Positions 48,384 through 56,939 of a stretch of 64,000 bases of DNA are shown piece after piece; the stretch's first letter is position 1, and each line of letters starts with the position of its first letter. The stretch lies in the NCBI GenBank assembly GCA_965199495.1, contig CBDASK010000003.1:32001-96000 (forward strand). Direction: 5' to 3'. This DNA comes from Abditibacterium sp. (GTDB taxonomy: Bacteria > Armatimonadota > Abditibacteriia > Abditibacteriales > Abditibacteriaceae). Under the pieces are notes generated by a model that saw nothing but the letters and a program-made list of their open reading frames with translations, was not told where the DNA came from and searched no databases. The translations under genes and the position numbers were made by a program.

Positions 48384-51173
48384 TCAAACATCGCTCCATG
48401 CGCCCAACGCAATCAATCGCGACTCGCCACTTTGCGCGGGCGGCGCGTCGTGGCAGGTCACAAAAATAATCTGCAAACTGGCGCCCGCCTCGGCCAAAAC
48501 TTCGCCCAATCCGACGCGGCGCGAACTGTCGCTTTGCGTGAACGGATCGTCCAAAATCACCGGCAAGCGGCCCGACGGCAGATTGCCCGCGATGCGCTGC
48601 GCCAAAATTAAGCGCAATGCAAAAGCGACTTGCTCTTTCATGCCTTCGGAGTGTTCGGCAAACGGCAAATCAATCGTCGAATTATCGGTCGTTGTGCGCA
48701 CGCTTTCGATGCGCGTGCCGCTACCGTCGAACTGCAATTGCGTGGTTTTGCCGCGTAGCCGTGACAGCCACGGCGACAATTTTAAATTAATCGGCCCCGC
48801 CAAATCGTGACTCAAACGCGCGCGCTCGGCTTCGATGGCGGCATATAACAACGCCAATCCGCGCAGGCGCGCTTCGTGAGCGGCGACTTCGGGCGCCCAT
48901 TGTTGAATCTGCGCTTCGAGTTCGGCCAATTTGGTTTCGGGGTCTTGCTCGCACGCGTGACGCAAATCGGCGCGCAGATTCACCAGCGCCTTTTCGATAT
49001 CGCCGCGTTCTCCGGCCAATTCGAGCGCCTGACGCCGCGCTTCTTCGACGCGCCACTGCGAAACGCCGTCGCCCAGTTGTTGGCGCGCCGCCTCGCACTT
49101 TTGGCGTTCGCGCTCGGCGCTCAAAAACGCCGCGCTCAATTCGCCTAAACGTGCTTCGTCATTTTTATCTTCGTCTTCAGCGCGCAAACCTTCGATTTGC
49201 GTGGCGCGTTGTTCCATCGCCGCGCGCAATATATCGGGCCGGTGGCGAATCGCGTCCAGTTCATTTTGCGCGAGTCGCACCTCGTTATCGGCGCCCGCGA
49301 TTTCGTTGCGCGCGCGTTGCGCGAGGGTGCCCGCCGCGCGCTCGGCGCGATGCGCCTCTTCCATGTTCGCCTTGACTTCGCCGCGTTTTAATCCGCGAAA
49401 CGCGATCAAGCCCTCGAACGGTTTGGCGATTTCTTTGAGTTGCGCGAATTCGGCGCGCTCATTCTCGGCGCGTTCGAGCGCTTTTTTCAACACGCCCGAC
49501 CGTTCTTCCTCGCGCCGCAAAGCAGCCACGGCGTCCTCGCGCGCACGGTGCGCCTCGTCATAGGCGCGCCGTTTGGTTTCCCAAACCTCAATCGCATCGG
49601 GCAATTCATGGGTTTCGGTTTTCCACGGGCGCAGCAATTTCTCTAAATTCAACCGCGCGTTTTCTAACTCGACTTTCACTTCTTCCACGCCGCGCGCGCC
49701 AGTCACAAACTTAAAAACTGCGACGCGCGCGATGTCCAGAACGCCGCGCCCAATCGCCAGCAGATTTTGTTTTTCTCCCGCTTGTAAATCCAAATTTTCA
49801 ATCGCGCCGCTATCGGCCTTCCAACGCGCACTATGGTTTTCGTGCGGCGCGATTTCGATTTGCAAGCCTTGCACAGCCTCGCTTTCCAAGCGTTTCAATT
49901 CGTCGAACGCGCCGCGCCATTCGCGCAGCTCGTCCAAGGACGGCGCCTTTTCGAGCGTGCGAAACGCGGCTTCGGTTTCCTGCACGCGCGCGCCCAAACG
50001 TTCCAATTCCTGCAACGCGGCCTCGCCCGCTCTGATGCGCGCCTGCGACTCGAACACGTCGAAAACCGCGCGCCACGCTTGCGCAACTTCCTGCGACATT
50101 TGCCAATCGCTCTCGGCCTGCTGCGCGCTCGCGCGTGCCGCGTCGCCGTGGCTGCTTGCGGCGGCCAGACTTTCTTCCAAAACGCGCACCTTTGATGCGC
50201 CCTGCTCCAATTCGCGCTGCGCCGCCGCCTGTTCACGCTCTAAACGCGCGATTTCCCCGGCGCGCTTTTGCAGATTTTTCTGCGCCAAACCCGCGTCGCG
50301 CGAGGCGATTTGCGCGTCTTTCAAAGCCGCGTCGGCGCGCGATTGCTGCGTCATCAAATCGCCCAATTCGCCGATGCGTTTCTGCGCGCGGGCTTCGCGC
50401 GGCGCGATGATTTCCCAATCCCCTTTCAACTTTTCGATGTCGTCGCGAATCGCCTCGATTTCTCCGGCCAGAGCTTCGTAGTGCGTCTTCTCGGATTGTG
50501 CGCGTTTCAGTTCATCGCGCGCGCGCGCCGCGTCGGTATTGGCGCGCGCGCCGTCAATCGCGCGCGGAGCCAAATCCAACGTCAACTCGCGACGGCGCAT
50601 TTTCTCAATCTCTTCGCGCACGCCGTCCAAACGCCGCGTCAAAGCCAGTTCGCCGTCGCTCCCGACGCCCAGCGTTGAGCGAATCGCGGTTCCACCGTCG
50701 GTCAAAAAATCCACGCCTTCGCCCTGATGCGCGACCAAAAGCGCGCCTTCGGCCAACCCGCGTTCGTCGCCCATGCCGTCGGCGGCGAGCATCATTTTCA
50801 GGCGCGTTTGCGCTTCGCCGCGCTCCAAAACCGTATCGGAATATTGCGGGCGTTTGAGCGTCAAAACGCAACTGCGTTTGGTGGCATCTTCGCTCAAAGT
50901 TTTGGAGAGAATCGCGCGACAATCGGGAAATTCCAACTCGATCTCGACGTGCGGAACCGCAGCCACGTCGTCGGCGGGCACGATGGAGCGAATGGTCTCG
51001 GCCTTGACGCGCGCGCCAGAAACATCGCGGTAGAGCGCCCAATCGAGCGCCTCGACCAAAGACGATTTGCCCGCTTCGTTGCGGCCCTGAATGATGTTGA
51101 GTTGCGGGCCGAACTCGATTTCCAAAAGCCGGTGCGCGCGCCAGTTTTCCAATCTCACTCGATGTAATATCAC
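48384..51173 (-). CDS. SbcC/Rad50-like coiled-coil ATPase (YhaN-like)
   Basis: Walker A GRNEAGKSS, long coiled coil, HSEGMKEQ signature, VILDDPF Walker B, VTCH; probable GTG start at 51173. Confidence 0.88.
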   Translation of the reverse strand: MILHRVRLENWRAHRLLEIEFGPQLNIIQGRNEAGKSSLVEALDWALYRDVSGARVKAETIRSIVPADDVAAVPHVEIELEFPDCRAILSKTLSEDATKRSCVLTLKRPQYSDTVLERGEAQTRLKMMLAADGMGDERGLAEGALLVAHQGEGVDFLTDGGTAIRSTLGVGSDGELALTRRLDGVREEIEKMRRRELTLDLAPRAIDGARANTDAARARDELKRAQSEKTHYEALAGEIEAIRDDIEKLKGDWEIIAPREARAQKRIGELGDLMTQQSRADAALKDAQIASRDAGLAQKNLQKRAGEIARLEREQAAAQRELEQGASKVRVLEESLAAASSHGDAARASAQQAESDWQMSQEVAQAWRAVFDVFESQARIRAGEAALQELERLGARVQETEAAFRTLEKAPSLDELREWRGAFDELKRLESEAVQGLQIEIAPHENHSARWKADSGAIENLDLQAGEKQNLLAIGRGVLDIARVAVFKFVTGARGVEEVKVELENARLNLEKLLRPWKTETHELPDAIEVWETKRRAYDEAHRAREDAVAALRREEERSGVLKKALERAENERAEFAQLKEIAKPFEGLIAFRGLKRGEVKANMEEAHRAERAAGTLAQRARNEIAGADNEVRLAQNELDAIRHRPDILRAAMEQRATQIEGLRAEDEDKNDEARLGELSAAFLSAERERQKCEAARQQLGDGVSQWRVEEARRQALELAGERGDIEKALVNLRADLRHACEQDPETKLAELEAQIQQWAPEVAAHEARLRGLALLYAAIEAERARLSHDLAGPINLKLSPWLSRLRGKTTQLQFDGSGTRIESVRTTTDNSTIDLPFAEHSEGMKEQVAFALRLILAQRIAGNLPSGRLPVILDDPFTQSDSSRRVGLGEVLAEAGASLQIIFVTCHDAPPAQSGESRLIALGAWSDV

Positions 51174-51199
51174 TGCTTCTAAGGATACAAACGTTCTTG

Positions 51200-51353
51200 G
51201 CCACGGTTCTGTCAATCGCATTTTCTTTCGTAGAGACACCGACTTGTCGTGTCTAAAACGTCTGAGGTGCCTTTTTGTTGAAGCAAGTTCTATATTTTAG
51301 ACACGACAAGTCGGTGTCTCTACGAAAGAAAATGCGATTGACAGAACCGTGGC
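51200..51353. repeat. Palindromic element with 59-bp perfect arms and GTAG-type REP core
   Basis: 51200-51258 is the reverse complement of 51295-51353; core GTAGAGACACCGACTTGTCGTGTCT. Confidence 0.9.
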
Positions 51354-51358
51354 TTTTT

Positions 51359-52531
51359 TCATCCCGCCAACAATCGATAATACAACGCCAACGCTTCGCG
51401 GCGCGCGTCGGGGTCGTCGCTCCAATTGCGGATTTGTTCGATGCCGCGCAAATCGGCCAAATGCTCGGTTTCCAATTTTTGCCCCAACTGCTCCAATACG
51501 CTCTCTTCCAAACGCTCCAATTTCAATTCGGCGAAATCTTCGATGGACGGACGCTCGTGCAATTGCTCGAACCCAATATCAACGCCCAATAAATTTTTGC
51601 GTTGTTTGGCCAGCCACGTTTGAATTACGCCGTATAAAACAGGCGAAACTTCGCCATTTAACCGCGCGCGCACGATGGTTTGCGCGGGATTGTCGTAATT
51701 GGCGACCTGAGCCGTCAGCGATTCCCAATCGTTTTTACTCGTGATTTCCAATGCGCCCAGATCGTGCAATTCGATGGCGCCCACGCGATGCGGCGTGACA
51801 ATCGGCATCGCGCCGGGATGCTCGATTTCCACTACGAACGCGTTTCCAGTCCGCGAATCGTCGCGCGCGCCGATTTCGGGCGCACCCGCATAATAAGACC
51901 GCGCGCGCGAGGCCGAGTTGTCGGGCGCCGTGGCTGCATGATGGCCGCCCAGCGCCAGATAATCTAAACCGGCGCGCATCGAACAATCGCCCGCAATGAC
52001 GCCCAGCGTGCGTGTTTCGCTGGGCGCATAATCGCGCAGATAACCGTGCGCCAATCCGATACGAAATCGCTCGCCCCGGTCAGCTTTAGGCAGCCACGCC
52101 GTCACGTCGGCGGTGCCGCGTTTGCGCATGACAGGACACGGAAACAGCACCACATTTTCGCCGATTTCGAGCGGTTCGGGCGTGACAAGCGGATGAATGT
52201 GATTTAAACCGGTCAGGCCGCTCCGCCAACTGGCGCTGAACCACACGCTGCCCTCGGCGCACGGGTCGGCGGCGCCGGGAATCAGGTAAACCGGGCACGG
52301 CGCATCACGCAGCAACTCAATTGTTTGTTCGCGCACAGCGTCGGGCGGCGTTTCGGTATCGAAAATGTCGCCCGCGACTATAATAAATTCGGCATGATTG
52401 TCGTTCGCCAACTGCCAGATGCGGCTCACGGCTTCAAAGCGCCACGCGCGCGAACGCGTGGTAGCGGCGCCTAATCCCCAGTAGGTTTGGCCCAGATGCC
52501 AATCGGCGGTGTGAATAAATTTCAACGGCAC
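51359..52531 (-). CDS. SbcD/Mre11-like metallophosphoesterase (motif III altered)
   Basis: HTADWHLG, VAGDIFD, IPGAADP in place of GNHD, LAHG, DYLALGGHH; start uncertain (52525/52531/52555). Confidence 0.85.
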   Translation of the reverse strand: MPLKFIHTADWHLGQTYWGLGAATTRSRAWRFEAVSRIWQLANDNHAEFIIVAGDIFDTETPPDAVREQTIELLRDAPCPVYLIPGAADPCAEGSVWFSASWRSGLTGLNHIHPLVTPEPLEIGENVVLFPCPVMRKRGTADVTAWLPKADRGERFRIGLAHGYLRDYAPSETRTLGVIAGDCSMRAGLDYLALGGHHAATAPDNSASRARSYYAGAPEIGARDDSRTGNAFVVEIEHPGAMPIVTPHRVGAIELHDLGALEITSKNDWESLTAQVANYDNPAQTIVRARLNGEVSPVLYGVIQTWLAKQRKNLLGVDIGFEQLHERPSIEDFAELKLERLEESVLEQLGQKLETEHLADLRGIEQIRNWSDDPDARREALALYYRLLAG

Positions 52532-52584
52532 AAAATCGAGTTTAACGCGGGCCAAGCGACAATTTCACTGATAGACTTGAAACC

Positions 52585-54483
52585 ATGAATCGCATCCAGC
52601 AATTGCCGCCCGAAGTCGCCAACAAAATCGCGGCGGGCGAGGTGATCGAGCGCCCAACTAACGCGGTCAAAGAGTTGGTCGAAAACTCTTTGGATTGTGG
52701 CGCGCGGCGCATCCAAATCGAAATCGAGGAAGGCGGCAAACGCTTAATCCGCGTGCGCGACGATGGGTCGGGCATGAGCGAATCGGATGTCGTGTTGGCG
52801 TTGCAGCGTCATGCGACCAGCAAAATCAGCGAGGCCGACGATTTGTGGCGCATCTCGACTTTGGGTTTTCGGGGCGAAGCGTTGCCCAGTTTAGCGGCGG
52901 TTTCGCGTTTGGAAATTACCACGCGCGAACACGACAGCGATGTCGGCACGCGTTTGATTGCCGAGGGCGGCGAAATCGTCGAAGTCGAAAACGTCGGCTG
53001 CGCGCCCGGAACCGAAATCATCGTGCGCGGCTTGTTTTATAACACGCCCGCGCGCTTCAAATTTCTCAAGTCCGATAGCGCCGAAGCCGCGCGCATTTCC
53101 GAAATGGTCGGTCATCTGGCGCTGGCTTATCCCGCCGTGGCTTTCACGCTGCACCATAACGGCAAAGAAAGTCTGCGCGTCGAGGCGGGCGGCGACGGGT
53201 TGAACGCCTTAGTTTCGGTTTTGGGGCGCGAAACCGCGCGCCAGATGTTGCCTATTTCGAGCGGAGAAGAATTCCCCAATATGCGCGTGACCGGCTTCAC
53301 GGCGCGCCCGCAATTGACGCGCGCCAATCGCAAAGGCCAACTTTTGTTCGTCAACGGGCGCCTGATTCAATCGCGCGCGTTGCAGCACGCCTTTGGCGCG
53401 GCCTACGAAGGTTTGATTCACGGGCGCGACCGTTTTCCCGTCGGCGTGGTTTTCCTGCAAGTCGCGCCCGGTGCGGTTGATGTCAACGTGCATCCAACGA
53501 AATCCGAAGTGCGATTCGCCCGCGAAGGCGAAGCGCATCACGCCTTGCGCGTGGCAGTGCGCGATACCTTAATCGGCGCGCAGTTGGCGCCGTCGTGGGG
53601 TTTGGACGGCGCCAACGACGGTCAAATCGGCGGGCCGTTTGGCGGCAAGCCGGTTGAATCGAGTGGAAGTCAACGCGCCAGTTGGACGCCGAATTATAGC
53701 GCGCCGCAGTATCAGGTGCCGGATTTCAGCGATACCGATAATTATTCTACGCCCGGCGCCTTAGCAGCCACGCCGCCTTCGTTCGATGCACCAGCCGACG
53801 AACGCGCGCGTTTTGAAGCGCATTTGCAGGCGATTCGCAATGGAGCCGCGCACGAACCGCATCTGTTTCAGCAAGAGCCGGAGCCGCCGAAACTGAAACT
53901 TCGTCCGCTCGCGCAAATCACCAACAACGCCTATATTCTGTGCGAGGGCGACGACGGTTTGTATATCGTCAACCAACATCGCGCGCACGAGACGATTTTG
54001 GCCGACCGCGCGATAAAAGCCGCGCAGGGCAAAGCCGTCGAATCGCAGCGTTTAGTGATTCCGTTCACGACCGAATGCGGCCCGCGCGCTTTGGCGGCGG
54101 TCGAAGAAAGCGCGCGTTTGGTGCGCGATTTGGGGTTTGAAGTCGAAGGGTTCGGCGGCAATTCGCTGCTCGTGCGCGCGGTTCCATATCTGGTCGCCAA
54201 AGGCGATTACGAGCGCGCGTTCGGCGATTTGCTGGACGAACTCATCGCCGGAACCGGCGGGCGCGATCTGGAAGAACGGCGCAACGCGTTGCTGACGATG
54301 CTTTCTTGCAAAAACGCGATTAAAGCGGGCGACCCATTGGCCCAAGGCGCGATGCAGGGTTTAATTGATGATTTGGTTGAACTGCCCAACCCGGCGATTT
54401 GCCCGCACGGACAACCGATTCTGATCAAGATTTCGACTTATGAACTGCACAAGAAATTCGAGCGCGAATATGCGATGCGATAG
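52585..54483 (+). CDS. mutL: DNA mismatch repair endonuclease MutL
   Basis: IAAGEVIERP, KELVENSLD, RHATSKI, GFRGEAL, DVNVHPTK, NQHRAHE, SCK, CPHGQP. Confidence 0.97.
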   Translation: MNRIQQLPPEVANKIAAGEVIERPTNAVKELVENSLDCGARRIQIEIEEGGKRLIRVRDDGSGMSESDVVLALQRHATSKISEADDLWRISTLGFRGEALPSLAAVSRLEITTREHDSDVGTRLIAEGGEIVEVENVGCAPGTEIIVRGLFYNTPARFKFLKSDSAEAARISEMVGHLALAYPAVAFTLHHNGKESLRVEAGGDGLNALVSVLGRETARQMLPISSGEEFPNMRVTGFTARPQLTRANRKGQLLFVNGRLIQSRALQHAFGAAYEGLIHGRDRFPVGVVFLQVAPGAVDVNVHPTKSEVRFAREGEAHHALRVAVRDTLIGAQLAPSWGLDGANDGQIGGPFGGKPVESSGSQRASWTPNYSAPQYQVPDFSDTDNYSTPGALAATPPSFDAPADERARFEAHLQAIRNGAAHEPHLFQQEPEPPKLKLRPLAQITNNAYILCEGDDGLYIVNQHRAHETILADRAIKAAQGKAVESQRLVIPFTTECGPRALAAVEESARLVRDLGFEVEGFGGNSLLVRAVPYLVAKGDYERAFGDLLDELIAGTGGRDLEERRNALLTMLSCKNAIKAGDPLAQGAMQGLIDDLVELPNPAICPHGQPILIKISTYELHKKFEREYAMR

Positions 54484-54755
54484 GCAACAGAATTTCTCGT
54501 TATTTTGCGGGCTAAAGCTCCCAGTCGGGTGGAACAAGCCACTCGCCAGCAATCCTCATCCGATAATCGTTCCCAAAACTCTCTTTTACAGGCAATGGCG
54601 GCGAGAGTTTCCCGTTCAAAACATCGAATTATTGTTGATTGCCGCTCATTACTTAATCGCTTTTGGAGTGCGTTTGCCCTCGGACATGGCTTATGGACGA
54701 GATAGTCTCTTGTTCTGCTGCTTGTTGTCTGAGCATACACGCTAAAATTGACAGC

Positions 54756-55250
54756 TTAGAATGTTACAATCCAGCTTGAGCGAGGAAGTGTCTGTTTAGA
54801 ACGCAAATGCAAGTCGCTGGGCAGAAAGGGACTTGGGCTGAAGTACAAAACCCCACCACTTCTCTTCATCTTTATAGTTGTGTGCCCGTCGCGCGACTGC
54901 AACAGCGCGTTGCTGGCAGTTTTTATATTCAGAGAGTGAAGGTTGGGAATAGCATAAGACAAACCAACCGTCTCCTTGCTACTGCTGTCCCGGCACATAT
55001 ACAGGGTTTGTTTCTGCCCCGTTCTATCTGCTATGACTTCGCTACGGATTACAGCCCAACTTGCACCACCTGCTTTCGACCATTTCTTCAACTTATAGAT
55101 TCCATCTTCACGTTTTATAAGGGTAGTACTCGCGTGATGTTGCCCCTCAGCTATATTAATCCGTATGGTGTCGCTGTTCTGGGGAGACGCTGCTATGCTC
55201 AGCGCGCACATAAAGAAATAGGAAATGATGTCCCAACCAAACTCATTCAT
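54756..55250 (-). CDS. Hypothetical protein in a compositionally atypical segment
   Basis: 164 aa ORF, GGAGTGAGG RBS-like sequence upstream, possible signal peptide; lower GC than flanks. Confidence 0.5.
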   Translation of the reverse strand: MNEFGWDIISYFFMCALSIAASPQNSDTIRINIAEGQHHASTTLIKREDGIYKLKKWSKAGGASWAVIRSEVIADRTGQKQTLYMCRDSSSKETVGLSYAIPNLHSLNIKTASNALLQSRDGHTTIKMKRSGGVLYFSPSPFLPSDLHLRSKQTLPRSSWIVTF

Positions 55251-55439
55251 TGCATTGACCTCACTCCATACAGTTTATAATTTCTACAACGCCGCGCGCA
55301 AGCAGCAGAACAATGTTATTAAGCTGACGCTCGGTCAGTCTAATAACAGCCATTACGTTTAGAATAGCACATAAAACCGCTCTTTGCAACCGATTTTCTT
55401 GCGTCGGCATAACACGCCTAAATTGAGTAAAATACCGCT

Positions 55440-55625
55440 ATGGATTCCAATTCAGCCAACCGCTCACAACGCGGCGATGGCGCATCTTTGAGCGAATTTT
55501 TGCGACAGGTAAGCGAGAGTTATTTGCAACGCGTCAATCTGACCGATGGAAAAGCAGTAGACGTTGTGGCGCGCTTCAACACCGACCGGCTGCAAGGCTT
55601 CGACTGGCACGAAACACAACAATAA
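55440..55625 (+). CDS. Small hypothetical protein
   Basis: 61 aa ATG ORF filling an intergenic gap; no recognisable motif. Confidence 0.35.
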   Translation: MDSNSANRSQRGDGASLSEFLRQVSESYLQRVNLTDGKAVDVVARFNTDRLQGFDWHETQQ

Positions 55626-55677
55626 ACGTTTCGGGCCGCAAAGCTGCGCTAAAATAGAATCACAAGGAGCAAAACCA

Positions 55678-56268
55678 ATGATAGCCGAACCTCAATCAAT
55701 TCCCAGAGCGTGGACGTATGACGAAGTGCGCGACATCAATGACGATGTGCGGCGCGAACTGCACGATGGCGAAATCTACGTTATGCCTTCCCCCAACCTC
55801 AAACATCAAAGCATTATTCTGTATTTGGCCGTTTTGCTGACGCAATGGGCGCGCGCTCACGGCGGAAAGGTTTATCTCTCGCCCGTTGATCTTTACGTTT
55901 CGCCGACCGAATATTACATTCCCGATCTGGTATTTTACTCCGCCGCGCAAATGCGTAACGGCGAAGTCGAACGCGATCCCAATCGCTTGAAAATCGCGCC
56001 CGCGATTGTCGTTGAGGTTCTCTCGCGCTCGACCGCGCGCAACGACCGCACGCTGAAAACGCGCGCTTACGCCAATTTCGGCATCGAGCATTACTGGATC
56101 ATTGATCCGGTCGCGCAAACTCTGGAAGCGTTCGAGTTAATTCAAGGCCGCTATTCGTTGGCGGGCGCGATGGGCGCGGATGAATCTTATGCGCCGCCCG
56201 CTTTTGCTGGCCTCGAAATAGTAGGGGCAGAGCTTTTCCCCGATGATTCGGTTTCATCGCAAGATTAA
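55678..56268 (+). CDS. Uma2 (DUF820) family endonuclease-fold protein
   Basis: ELHDGE..PSP..HQ, IPDLVF, VVEVLS, HYWIIDP; AGGAG RBS. Confidence 0.9.
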   Translation: MIAEPQSIPRAWTYDEVRDINDDVRRELHDGEIYVMPSPNLKHQSIILYLAVLLTQWARAHGGKVYLSPVDLYVSPTEYYIPDLVFYSAAQMRNGEVERDPNRLKIAPAIVVEVLSRSTARNDRTLKTRAYANFGIEHYWIIDPVAQTLEAFELIQGRYSLAGAMGADESYAPPAFAGLEIVGAELFPDDSVSSQD

Positions 56269-56270
56269 TT

Positions 56271-56840
56271 ATGTCCCAACTTCCCACTCAACAAACGCTT
56301 CACCCCGAACCCGGCCATAAATCGGCTTCGACCGAAGAACATCGCGCCCAAGCGCCCGCCGTGGCTGCTTGCTTCGTGCTGACGGTTTCCGATACGCGCA
56401 CGCTACAAACCGACAAAGGCGGCGCTTTGATCGAAGAATTATTGACTCAAGCGGGCCACATCGTCACCGAACGGCAAATCGTGCGCGATGAAATTTCGGT
56501 CATCGAGCGCGCCGTGCGCGACGCGATGAACGGGGTGAGCGAACCCGATGCGATTATTGTAACGGGCGGATCGGGCATTTCCAGCCGCGATGTTTCGCCC
56601 GAAGCGTTGCGGCCACTGCTCACCAAAGAAATGCCCGGATTTGGCGAAGTTTTCCGCCTGCTTTCATGGGAAGAAGTCGGCCCGGCGACGATGCTTTCGC
56701 GCGCCTTTGCTGGCGTCATCGGCGGCACATTATTGTTCGTTTTACCCGGCTCAACTAACGCGGTGCGCTTGGCGATGGAAAAGTTGATCGTGCCCGAACT
56801 GGGGCATTTGGTGCGCGAGGCGAAAGGGCAAGAAAAATAA
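56271..56840 (+). CDS. moaB: Molybdenum cofactor biosynthesis protein MoaB/Mog family
   Basis: LTVSDTRT, TGGSGISSRDVSPEA, MPGFGEVFR, MLSRA, LPGSTNAV. Confidence 0.88.
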   Translation: MSQLPTQQTLHPEPGHKSASTEEHRAQAPAVAACFVLTVSDTRTLQTDKGGALIEELLTQAGHIVTERQIVRDEISVIERAVRDAMNGVSEPDAIIVTGGSGISSRDVSPEALRPLLTKEMPGFGEVFRLLSWEEVGPATMLSRAFAGVIGGTLLFVLPGSTNAVRLAMEKLIVPELGHLVREAKGQEK

Positions 56841-56939
56841 TATCTTTTCGATTGACACAATAATTGCGAATTGAGTTATAATAAGAATTGCTCCGCGTTT
56901 AGTTATTGATTACAGCGGGCTTTTACTTTCTTCAACTCT

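Noticed and set aside
56852..56882. TTGACA...TATAAT upstream of the surface protein gene
   Set aside because: Both hexamers are perfect but the spacer is 19 nt; plausible, but not confident enough to list as a feature.
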